A stretch of DNA of 64,000 nucleotides from a virus. How positions within the stretch are numbered: position 1 is the first letter of the stretch; every line of letters starts with the position of its first letter. The stretch spans positions 32,001 through 96,000 of IMG/VR virus record IMGVR_UViG_3300045996_002876; one strand, 5' to 3'. Of the stretch, positions 8,726-16,769 are shown one piece after another. The position numbers were made by a program, and so were the translations under genes. The notes below the pieces were generated by a model, which had not been told where the DNA came from, made no database searches, and saw only the letters and a list, made by a program, of their open reading frames with translations.

Positions 8726-8733
8726 AGGAAGTC

Positions 8734-8783
8734 CTTGAAAGTTCAGGATTCCCCATATTAGTGTCGGTGTGCCCCTCAGTCAA
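8734..8783 (-). promoter_or_regulatory. Sigma70-like promoter plus operator-like site ahead of the HNH gene
   Basis: TTGACT-17-TAATAT (8783-8755); CTTGA-AAG-TTCAG at 8734-8746. Confidence 0.6.
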
Positions 8784-8787
8784 TACC

Positions 8788-9027
8788 TCAGCGGACCCGG
8801 GTCACCCGGTACATCTTGAAGGCGGCCAGGGTCCGCGGGTTCACCAGGAGCCATTGCTCCTGGACGAACTCCCAGTCCCGGTACCGGGAGGCCGACTGGC
8901 GGAACTTGGTGACCTTGTTCGCGGCGGCGTTGGCCGCCGCGAACGGGCCGAGGAGGACCGCCTCGCCGACCCGAAGGCGGCCCAGGTTCCGGGCCCGCAA
9001 ACTTAGCGCGTTCTTCGGCACGGCCAC
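8788..9027 (-). CDS. Hypothetical protein
   Basis: Operon packing; RBS AAGGGAGG. Confidence 0.6.
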   Translation of the reverse strand: MAVPKNALSLRARNLGRLRVGEAVLLGPFAAANAAANKVTKFRQSASRYRDWEFVQEQWLLVNPRTLAAFKMYRVTRVR

Positions 9028-9033
9028 CTCCCC

Positions 9034-9297
9034 TTACTTATCGCGGGACCACCAGTCGTCGTCTTCCAGGAACCTCCGCCGGTCGGCGGCGGCCAGGGCC
9101 TCGATCTTACCCATCGCCTCCTTGAGGAGGGCCTCAGCCCGTGTCCACAAGATCTGAGCTTCGAGGAGGTCCGTCGGAGGGGGACCTTCTACCTCGGGGA
9201 AAGCCATCCACACGATTTGGTCGGCGTACCGGAGGAGCTTCCGGGCCTCGTCCAGGTTGTCGTCGATTGCGTAGAAGGGGTAGTCCTCGTCCTTCAT
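9034..9297 (-). CDS. Hypothetical protein
   Basis: MKDEDYPFY..; ATGA overlap with upstream gene. Confidence 0.6.
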   Translation of the reverse strand: MKDEDYPFYAIDDNLDEARKLLRYADQIVWMAFPEVEGPPPTDLLEAQILWTRAEALLKEAMGKIEALAAADRRRFLEDDDWWSRDK

Positions 9298-9572
9298 ACC
9301 TGGCCCGTCCATTTCTTCGGGAGGGGTGGGAGGACGTGGCGGTCCAGCTTCACCCACCAGGACACGTCACCCCAGTCCCAGGCGCACCAGGAGTCCCCGG
9401 CGGGGTCGTCCCACCCGTCCTCGGTGGCGACGATGACGGCCGAGTCCCAGAAGTCGTGGTTCGCCCGCCGGTCGTGGCAGGCCACCAGGACCAGGTACCG
9501 GTCCCCGGCGTAGCAGTCCGGCGGGCCGCCGGGGCACTCGCCCTCGCCGGGGCCCTTGTTCCAGTCGATCAT
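9294..9572 (-). CDS. Hypothetical Trp-rich protein
   Basis: MIDWNKG..; ATGA overlap. Confidence 0.6.
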   Translation of the reverse strand: MIDWNKGPGEGECPGGPPDCYAGDRYLVLVACHDRRANHDFWDSAVIVATEDGWDDPAGDSWCAWDWGDVSWWVKLDRHVLPPLPKKWTGQV

Positions 9573-9793
9573 CGGCTCGTGTACTCCCAGTCCTCGGCCC
9601 TGTACCAAACCACCACATCTTGCCCGAAAGGGGACCCCGAGATGGAAACCAGCCGGTCTCCAACGGTCCCGGCGAATTCGGCCGCGGCCTTGTACACGTC
9701 TTCTGGGGTCCGCAGGCCAATCCGGGGAGGTTGTCCCGGGGCCCGGTGGAGAGGGGTCGGTGTGATTTGAAAGGTTTTGAACAAGATGGTCAT
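9569..9793 (-). CDS. Hypothetical protein
   Basis: MTILFKTFQ..YTSR; ATGA overlap. Confidence 0.6.
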   Translation of the reverse strand: MTILFKTFQITPTPLHRAPGQPPRIGLRTPEDVYKAAAEFAGTVGDRLVSISGSPFGQDVVVWYRAEDWEYTSR

Positions 9794-10110
9794 CGGCTCG
9801 TGTACCTCACCAGGACGCTCTCGTCGGGCTGGAGGCGGCGGCCCATGGACTTCTCGTAGTCCATGAAGTTGTCCCAGAAGTAGTCGGCCGTGTCCAGAGA
9901 CACGAACACCCCGTTCGGCCCGGCCTGGAACCAGCCGATCGGGAAGCACTCCTGGAGGGCGTCGTCCTTCTTCTTGTCCCACAGGCGGTCGCCGGTGACC
10001 TTCTCCTGGTACTTGCCGATGAACACCACGTCCCCCGGCTCGACCCGGAGCATGGACAGGGGGACCAGGGGGACGGGCTGGTGGGCCTCGACCCAGAGTT
10101 GGGCTTTCAT
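9790..10110 (-). CDS. Hypothetical protein
   Basis: MKAQLWVEAH..YTSR; ATGA overlap. Confidence 0.6.
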   Translation of the reverse strand: MKAQLWVEAHQPVPLVPLSMLRVEPGDVVFIGKYQEKVTGDRLWDKKKDDALQECFPIGWFQAGPNGVFVSLDTADYFWDNFMDYEKSMGRRLQPDESVLVRYTSR

Positions 10111-10382
10111 TGACCCCGTTCCTCCCAGTCGATGACCACCCCGGTGGCGCCCCGCCGCTCCACCGCCCCCGTCCCGACCAGCTTCTTCGCCCGGACCCGG
10201 TCCCCCGGGGTGACCAGGAAGACCTCGATTGCCCACCAGTCCCCGTCGGCGGGGAGGTCCCCGCGGGCGACCTCCTCCTGGGCGAACCGGACGGCCGCCC
10301 CGAGCGGGTGGGGGGCGTCGACGACCTCGGCAAACGTGATCTCCTCGGCCTGGTCGCCGGCCTCGATCAGGTACAGGTTCAT
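10107..10382 (-). CDS. Hypothetical protein
   Basis: MNLYLIEAG..; ATGA overlap. Confidence 0.6.
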   Translation of the reverse strand: MNLYLIEAGDQAEEITFAEVVDAPHPLGAAVRFAQEEVARGDLPADGDWWAIEVFLVTPGDRVRAKKLVGTGAVERRGATGVVIDWEERGQ

Positions 10383-10651
10383 TCCTCGTCCCTCCTCAGG
10401 AGTTCCAGGGCCTCGACGCCGGACTCGGGGAACCAGACCTTGCCGTCGAGGATCTCCCGCTCGGTGAGGTCCGGGTTGACCTCCCACTCTTCGTGGGGCC
10501 AGACCTTGACGTACCAGTCCGGCTCGGCGGGGGTCGGCCGGGCGACGGCCGCCACCACCCCGACCAGGCTGACGAACCGGCGGCCGGCCGGGCTCGAGGC
10601 GGTCCCGGTGATCCGGACCTCGTCGTCCGGCCTGAGGTCGGCGAGTTTCAT
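10379..10651 (-). CDS. Hypothetical protein (SH3-like size)
   Basis: MKLADLRPDDEVRITG. Confidence 0.6.
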   Translation of the reverse strand: MKLADLRPDDEVRITGTASSPAGRRFVSLVGVVAAVARPTPAEPDWYVKVWPHEEWEVNPDLTEREILDGKVWFPESGVEALELLRRDEE

Positions 10652-11025
10652 TTCAACCCTCCGGCGTCCAGTATCGAGGCCAGGGCCGCTCGGCAGATAG
10701 CCTCCCCGGGGGTAGTCCCATCAGCCCCGTCCCCTACGGTCGGGAAGGAGGGGTCCCCGGTCTTGGCCCAGAACTCGGCGGAGAACGCGAGCCCCGTCTT
10801 CCGGAGGTCCATGTCGAACCCGAGTTCGAACATGCGTTCGGCCACATCCCACCAATTTTTGTGGAGCGGGTGGTCGTAATAAGGGACCGAGTAGTGCTTG
10901 GCTCGAAACTCCCCGGTCGGCCACCAGTCGCCGTTATTAAATTCGCACGTGGCCCCCATGACGCCGCGGAAGACCGCGGCGTGCAGGTCCCGGCCGACCA
11001 GGCTAAAGATCTCGTCCCGCGTCAT
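10648..11025 (-). CDS. Phage ABA-sandwich-like protein
   Basis: WDVAERM..TPGEAICRAAL pattern recalled for this family. Confidence 0.5.
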   Translation of the reverse strand: MTRDEIFSLVGRDLHAAVFRGVMGATCEFNNGDWWPTGEFRAKHYSVPYYDHPLHKNWWDVAERMFELGFDMDLRKTGLAFSAEFWAKTGDPSFPTVGDGADGTTPGEAICRAALASILDAGGLK

Positions 11026-11297
11026 TCCACCCTCCCGTTGAGTTCCAGGGCCAGCCGAATATTCGTCTCGTCCACCTCCGCCTGGGTCGGCGGCGGGCCG
11101 TCGTCCGCGTGCCAGCGGTACCCACAGCCCCGCCGGAGGGCGTCCTGGAAGGTCAGGAGGGCGTACTGGACGACCGCCCAGTGGCGGGCAGTGATCGGGC
11201 CGTGGGGCCCGGCCCCGTCGTGGGGGACGCTTACGGCGTCCCCCACGGCGCGCAGGTAACCCGTCCGTGGCGTGGTCAAGGGCGGGCCCTCAGTCAC
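11022..11297 (-). CDS. Hypothetical protein
   Basis: Operon packing. Confidence 0.55.
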   Translation of the reverse strand: MTEGPPLTTPRTGYLRAVGDAVSVPHDGAGPHGPITARHWAVVQYALLTFQDALRRGCGYRWHADDGPPPTQAEVDETNIRLALELNGRVE

Positions 11298-11601
11298 AGT
11301 AGGGGGTGATGAACATGGCGTACTTGCCCTCCAGGCCGGGGACGGTGGCGAGCTCGTACCGGCCGTCGTAGTAGGCCTGCATGGCCTCGTACTTCCGGGC
11401 GGCCAGGGAGTCGTCGTCCGGGTCTCGCACGGCCTGGAAGTGCCCCCACTTCCCCTCCCGGTCGACGACCCGGACGAGCTCGACGTGGTAGGTGGCCCCG
11501 AACAGCTCGACCCGGCCGAGCCAGGTGTCCCCGGCGTCGTCGGTCGGGTGGAGGCCCTCGAGCATGAACCCGACGGCGAGCGGGGCGAGGGGGGTGGTCA
11601 C
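11290..11601 (-). CDS. Hypothetical protein
   Basis: GTGA overlap; ends KYAMFITPYCD. Confidence 0.6.
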   Translation of the reverse strand: MTTPLAPLAVGFMLEGLHPTDDAGDTWLGRVELFGATYHVELVRVVDREGKWGHFQAVRDPDDDSLAARKYEAMQAYYDGRYELATVPGLEGKYAMFITPYCD

Positions 11602-11879
11602 TTGCGTCTCCAGAACACGTGCCCGACGAAACTCCCGCCGAGGAGCTGGTAGCTCCCCAGGTAGTCCCCCGGGTGGTCCTCGATCGGGTGGCCGGTCCCG
11701 TGCGTCCGGAGGACCAGGGTGGCCTTCTGGCCGGCGGCCCAGTTCGACGTATCGACCCAGGCCCACAGGCACGGGGTGTCCCCCTGGGCCTGGACGCACA
11801 GGGGAATGGCCCCGTACGGGACGACGACCTCCTGGTAGTCCTCGACGGCCAGGGGGAACTTCCAGACGGCGGTGGTCAT
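11598..11879 (-). CDS. Conserved phage protein (DUF7352-like)
   Basis: VWKFPL..LCVQAQ..CLWAWVD..GTGH..YLGSYQ..FVGHVF. Confidence 0.65.
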   Translation of the reverse strand: MTTAVWKFPLAVEDYQEVVVPYGAIPLCVQAQGDTPCLWAWVDTSNWAAGQKATLVLRTHGTGHPIEDHPGDYLGSYQLLGGSFVGHVFWRRK

Positions 11880-12885
11880 TCACGATCTCCTTCATCCAGG
11901 CCCCACTCCCGGATGACCCTCTCGGCATGCTTCTTCAAGTCCGGGGCTTCCCACCCGTCATTTACAAGGGCCGTCAAAACCAGGAGACAGTCCTTGGCTT
12001 CCCGCGTCGACATCGCCTCGATTCGGGCCGTCCAATCATTCTTCATGCCTCGCCCCTCCCCCGCTCGCGGGCCATCTCCCGCAGGGTCACCAGGGCGTGG
12101 GCGGCGTCGCAGTGGGCGTCCCAGTACCGGTGGTCCCGGATCGGGAGCTCGCCGGTGTCGGCGTCGGGGGCCTTGCACGGGGCGACGACGATCAGGTCGG
12201 CCGCCTCCCGGTTGATCAGGTCGATGGCCTCGGTCAGCTTGTCAGCGAAGGTCACGCCACGTCTCCTGTTTCCGGCGGCGGCGGATAGGCGATGTCCAGG
12301 GCGATCCGGAGCTCGGCCCCGGTGAGGACCACGACCCGCCCGTCCGCCAGTTTGAACTGGCCCCGCCGGTTCAGCTCGTCGTAGTACGAGAAGGCGTCCC
12401 CGTAGGTCCGGGCGGCCCAGTCGCTCATCCGTCCCCAGGAGCGGATCTTCATCCCGACCTCCCGGAGGACCTCGTTCTCTTCGTAGAAGGTCATCCCCGC
12501 GCGTCCTCCAGGGCCCGCCGGAGCCCGTCGTTGGTCATGAGTTCGTCCACGCACTCGCCCAGCCGGTCCGGGCCGGCGTCGAACCGCTCCCGCCACTTGT
12601 CCAGCCGGCGGATCAGGCCGGCGTCGGCGTCCCGCGGGCTGACGGCCGTCCGGCGGGCGGCCGCCCAGTTGTGCAGGACCGTGCCCAGGTGGGCCAGCAT
12701 GTCGGGGCTCATTCGTCCTCCAGCTCGATGACCACCGGGCACCAGGCGTTCGGGTCCTCCAGGTACCCGGCGATCCGCTCGAGGGCCCGCCGGCGGATCA
12801 GGGCGTACCCGTCGACCGAGTCCGGGTCGGTCCCGGCCGGGACGTCGACCTCGACCCCGGCGTCCAGGTAAACAACAGCTTTCAT
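11876..12885 (-). other. Run of five overlapping small hypothetical genes (11876-12046, 12043-12255, 12252-12494, 12491-12712, 12709-12885)
   Basis: Consecutive ATGA/GTGA stop-start overlaps, 56-80 aa each. Confidence 0.6.
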
Positions 12886-13280
12886 CCGGCCTCCACCCAG
12901 GTGTGCCAGTCGGAAATCCGGACGAACGCCAGGGGGAGCTCCTTGGCCGGCGGGGTCGCGTCCGGGTCGATCACCCCGTACAGGCCGACCCCGAGGATCC
13001 AGTCGTCGGCCGCCGTCGAGCACCGGCCGGGCCGCTCGTCCTCGTCCCCGGTGTAGATCAGGACGGCCCGGGGGCCGCTCCCGTACTTCTCCCGGAGGCG
13101 GGCGAGGAAGCCCGGGTTGTCGTCCAACATCCGGGTGGCGACCTCGGACGGGAAAGCCCCGTCTTCGCCCTCCGCCTCAAGCCGGGCGGCCGACTCCCGG
13201 TACAGGGCGTCGGCGGCCGCCTGGTCGTCGTCCTCCAGGACCACCCCGAAGGCCACGTTCGCAAAGTAGTCGGTCGCCAT
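12882..13280 (-). CDS. Hypothetical protein (132 aa)
   Basis: MATDYFANVAFGV.. Confidence 0.65.
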   Translation of the reverse strand: MATDYFANVAFGVVLEDDDQAAADALYRESAARLEAEGEDGAFPSEVATRMLDDNPGFLARLREKYGSGPRAVLIYTGDEDERPGRCSTAADDWILGVGLYGVIDPDATPPAKELPLAFVRISDWHTWVEAG

Positions 13281-13391
13281 GCGGGACCCCCAACGGGCGA
13301 GAGCCAGGCCCGCCGACGCGGTCCTGGCTCTCAGGAAAGATACTTGAAAAATCTTAGACCGGCCAGGCGAAAACCCGGGCGGACACTTTGG

Positions 13392-14126
13392 TCAAATGTT
13401 CAGCGGCCGGTACTCGCCCGAAAGGATCCCGTCCCAGAATTCTTTCTCGGCCGCCCCCAGGGCGGCCACCAGGTCGGCCAGGGGGGCGTCGTACCCGAGG
13501 GTCGCGCCGACCGTGTCCGGGGTGACGTGGACGAGGGCCACCCGCTGGCCCGGCGGGAACTTGTCGTGGAAGGACTGGTACCAGCAGGAGGTGGCCCCGG
13601 TGACCAGGAACTGGTGGAGGAGCTGGGCCTTGTAGTTGGCCGGGACCCGGCCGTCCAGGGCGTCCCCGTGGGACTTCTGGTTGGGGGCCTTGATCTCCAG
13701 GAAGGCCCGCCGGCCGGCGTGCCACCCGTCCAGGGACACTTTCAGGTACTCCCGGCGGGCGTGGTGGCCGCACACCGGGGGCATGGCCACCCCGGTCAGG
13801 GCCTCGAACTCGGCCCGGGCCACCGGCTCGAGCTTCTTCCCGCGGTTCTTGGCCGAGTCGTTCTTCCCCTCCCGCTCGGCCATGGCCGCCCGGATGGCCT
13901 GGAACTGGGCCGACGAGATGGGGGCCCGGTGCCCCCAGTACTCGACCAGCTTCTCCTGGAACAGCTGCTCCCGCGTCTTCCACGGGGACTCGCCCAGGAG
14001 GGCCGGGGCGTCGGACGACCCGAGCCCGGTCTTCCGCCAGTCGAGCCAGGCGTCGGACGCCTGGTCGAGGTCGACGATCTGGAAGTGGTCGTGGCCGAAG
14101 GCGTCGGCCGGCGGGTGGTAGGCCAT
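13392..14126 (-). CDS. YqaJ/lambda-exonuclease family recombination nuclease
   Basis: WLDWRKTGLGSSDA, GKKLEP, SLDG, LEIK, QLLHQFLVTG. Confidence 0.92.
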   Translation of the reverse strand: MAYHPPADAFGHDHFQIVDLDQASDAWLDWRKTGLGSSDAPALLGESPWKTREQLFQEKLVEYWGHRAPISSAQFQAIRAAMAEREGKNDSAKNRGKKLEPVARAEFEALTGVAMPPVCGHHARREYLKVSLDGWHAGRRAFLEIKAPNQKSHGDALDGRVPANYKAQLLHQFLVTGATSCWYQSFHDKFPPGQRVALVHVTPDTVGATLGYDAPLADLVAALGAAEKEFWDGILSGEYRPLNI

Positions 14127-14170
14127 GCGGGGCGGCGGGGGTTGGGGGCCCCGCCGCCCGGCGAGACGGG

Positions 14171-14623
14171 TCAGCGGGCGGGCGGGGCCTTGGGGGCCTT
14201 GGGGTCCTGGATCATCTTGGCCATCTCGGCCTCTTGCGAGCGAGCGTTCTCAAGATGCTCCCTCAGATTCTTACCCAGGATGTCAACCACCACCCCGGCC
14301 GGCGAGTGGCCGGTCAGCTTGGACGCCTCGAACAGGGCGCTCCTCATCCACGGGGGGAGGGCCCCGACCTCGATGGCGTCGGCCCGCCCGGACGCCTCCT
14401 CGACGGCCAGGGCCGTCTCCAGGAGGCTCAGGACGGTCCGCGAGAAGGACCCCTTGGTCCGGTCCTTGACGGACAGGACCCGCCGGAGGAGGTCCTCGTG
14501 GCCGTCGAACATGATCGACTTGGTGGTCTGGAGCCCGTCCTCGTCCGGGCCGTGCGGGCCGCCGGCCCGCGGGGGCGGGGGGCTCATCCGGGGGTGGGGC
14601 GACTTCTTTTCGGTCATGATCAT
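14171..14623 (-). CDS. Hypothetical protein, first gene of the leftward block (possible regulator)
   Basis: 150 aa ORF at the divergent junction. Confidence 0.55.
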   Translation of the reverse strand: MIMTEKKSPHPRMSPPPPRAGGPHGPDEDGLQTTKSIMFDGHEDLLRRVLSVKDRTKGSFSRTVLSLLETALAVEEASGRADAIEVGALPPWMRSALFEASKLTGHSPAGVVVDILGKNLREHLENARSQEAEMAKMIQDPKAPKAPPAR

Positions 14624-14728
14624 CGGGTCCCCGTCGGGTCAGGCGACGGCTCCAGTTATAGTCCGGGCGTGGACGACGTGTCCAGGCAAATCCCGGGCCG
14701 CGGCCGGCCGAAACGACCCTCGGGGCGG

Positions 14729-14799
14729 CAAAGTGTACACTTTGGCATGTCTGGAATCTCAAGAATTATCCTTGACTCTCCAGAGCGGCCGCGTATCTT
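14729..14799. promoter_or_regulatory. Divergent control region
   Basis: Palindrome CAAAGTGTACACTTTG (14729-14744); two operator-like sites at 14751 and 14771; TTGACT-16-TATCTT promoter on +. Confidence 0.7.
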
Positions 14800-14805
14800 A
14801 CCCGT

Positions 14806-15111
14806 GTGAGCTACCTATCCCCCGGCGACCGGCCCCCTGGCGGGGGCCTGTGGCTCGCCGACGAGTTCCTCTGGGACTGCCTGCCGCGGCTGACCCCGCT
14901 GGCCGCCTACGTGTACCTGGCCGTCGGCCGGCACGCCTCGAAGTACCAGTACCCGACCGTCCGGGAGCTGGCCGTCGAGACGCTCCGGAGCGAGGCCCTG
15001 GTCCGCCGGGCGGTCGACCAGCTGGCCGCCCAGGGCCTCCTGAATTCCTCGGACCTCGCGGTCATCCTCCGCCCGACCACCCCCGGTGAGACCCCCGATT
15101 CCCATGAGTGA
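14806..15111 (+). CDS. Winged-helix DNA-binding protein
   Basis: VYLAV..YPTVRELAVET..SEALVRRAVDQLAAQGLL. Confidence 0.7.
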   Translation: MSYLSPGDRPPGGGLWLADEFLWDCLPRLTPLAAYVYLAVGRHASKYQYPTVRELAVETLRSEALVRRAVDQLAAQGLLNSSDLAVILRPTTPGETPDSHE

Positions 15112-16093
15112 GCAGTCCCCTTCCCAGTCCGCCCCGGGCGCCATTCAGAACCCGCCCGAAACTGTCCAGACCCCCGCCCCGCTGGCCGTCGCCGTCGCCG
15201 CCGCCCCGCCCCCGGTCGTCCTCCCGGACCGCCCGTTCAACGAGGCCACCGCCTCCCTGGTCGAGCTCAAGGAGGTGGCCCGGCTGATGGCCGCGTCCAG
15301 CCAGTTCAAGGACGTCCAGGCCAACAACCCGGCCACCGCCTTCGCCAAGATGATGGTCGGGCGGGACCTGGGGATCCCCATGACGCGGGCCCTGGTGGAC
15401 GTCCTGATCATCCAGGGGAAGCCGACCCTGTCGGCCAACCTGATGGCCGCCATGATCAAGAAGTCCGGCCGGTACAAGTACAAGAAGCTGGCCCACACCG
15501 ACCAGGAGTGCCGGATCCAGGTCTGGGAGAAGGTGGACGGGGTGTGGGAAGACCTGGGGGTGTCCGAGTTCACCCTCAAGGACGCCGAGAAGGCCGGCCT
15601 GCTGAAGAACCCGACCTGGAAGAACTTCCCGAAGAACATGCTGTTCAGCCGGGTGATCTCCAACATCGCCAAGCAGGAGTGCGGGGACGTGTTCCTGGGG
15701 AGCGTGTACACCCCGGACGAGCTCGACGCCTCGATCGAGGTGGACGAGGGCGGCGACCCGGTCCTGCCGAAGGCCCAGGTGACCCGCGTCCGGAACAACG
15801 CGGCCCAGGAGGCCCCCGCCTACGTCCCGGAGTGCCCATCCCCCAAGTTCACCACGCGGGAGAAGGACATGGAGGTCACGGACGCCGAGATCATCGAGGC
15901 CCCGGCCGGGGAGGAGACCGTCCACACGGTGGCCGCCGAGGTCGAGGCCCTGGCCGCCCAGACGGCCTGGGACCTCAAGGGGTTCCTCAAGCAGCACCGC
16001 CTGACCCGGCTGACCAGCCTCGACCTGACCAGCCTGAAGAACACCCGGAACAACCTCCGCCAGCGGAAACTGGCCGGGGCCGCCGGGTCCTGA
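15104..16093 (+). CDS. RecT-like single-strand annealing protein
   Basis: GRDLGIP..IIQGKPTLSA..DAEKAGL..WKNFPKNML..YTPDEL; near the YqaJ nuclease. Confidence 0.75.
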   Translation: MSEQSPSQSAPGAIQNPPETVQTPAPLAVAVAAAPPPVVLPDRPFNEATASLVELKEVARLMAASSQFKDVQANNPATAFAKMMVGRDLGIPMTRALVDVLIIQGKPTLSANLMAAMIKKSGRYKYKKLAHTDQECRIQVWEKVDGVWEDLGVSEFTLKDAEKAGLLKNPTWKNFPKNMLFSRVISNIAKQECGDVFLGSVYTPDELDASIEVDEGGDPVLPKAQVTRVRNNAAQEAPAYVPECPSPKFTTREKDMEVTDAEIIEAPAGEETVHTVAAEVEALAAQTAWDLKGFLKQHRLTRLTSLDLTSLKNTRNNLRQRKLAGAAGS

Positions 16094-16154
16094 CCAAAGT
16101 GTGACCCTTTTTTGTCGCCCCCTTACCATCGCCCCGACCGAGAGAGAAGCCTTC

Positions 16155-16688
16155 ATGTTCGAGCCTGTTGACCGCCAGCCCTACCGGGCCGAGATCACCG
16201 ACCAGGGGACGACGGAGTCCAAGGACGGGACCCCGATCGTCAAGATCTACTGTCGGGTCCTGGGCAAGCCGGGGGCGAGTGACCCGGACGCCCTGGTCGA
16301 CCCCCTCCCCCACGGCCAGCGGCCGGAGGTCGAGGTGGTGACCTTCCTGAACGAGAACGACGCCAACTGCGGGTTCCGGGTCCGGGACCTGGTCGAGAAC
16401 CTGGGGTGGGACCCGGCGACCGGGCTGGAGGCCCTGGACCCGCGGACCGAGGGGTACCTGAACGTCGTCGGCCGGATGGTCACCATCGCCCCGGCCGTGA
16501 AGGGTGAGAAGACCTACTGGAACTTCTGCCGGACCGAGCGGAAGCTCAAGCGGTTCGTCGGGGACAAGCCGCTCGAGAACCTGAAGGCCAAGAAGGCCGG
16601 GATCCTCCAGCGGTACCTGGACCTCCAGAAGAAGAAGGACGACGCCCCGGCGATGGCCGGGGCCGGCGAGTCGGCCATCCCCTTCTGA
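16155..16688 (+). CDS. Putative ssDNA-binding protein (DUF669-like)
   Basis: YRAEI..SKDGTPIVKI; C-terminal IPF tail; sits between annealase and primase. Confidence 0.6.
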   Translation: MFEPVDRQPYRAEITDQGTTESKDGTPIVKIYCRVLGKPGASDPDALVDPLPHGQRPEVEVVTFLNENDANCGFRVRDLVENLGWDPATGLEALDPRTEGYLNVVGRMVTIAPAVKGEKTYWNFCRTERKLKRFVGDKPLENLKAKKAGILQRYLDLQKKKDDAPAMAGAGESAIPF

Positions 16689-16714
16689 AAAACAGTTCGC
16701 CCATACCACTGAGT

Positions 16715-16751
16715 AGCCGACGGGGCGTGCCTCCAGCACGCCCCGTCGGCT
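16715..16751. repeat. Perfect inverted repeat, 16-bp stem, CTCCA loop
   Basis: AGCCGACGGGGCGTGC-CTCCA-GCACGCCCCGTCGGCT, intergenic. Confidence 0.85.
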
Positions 16752-16769
16752 TCTCCGGAGCCTTTCGGC

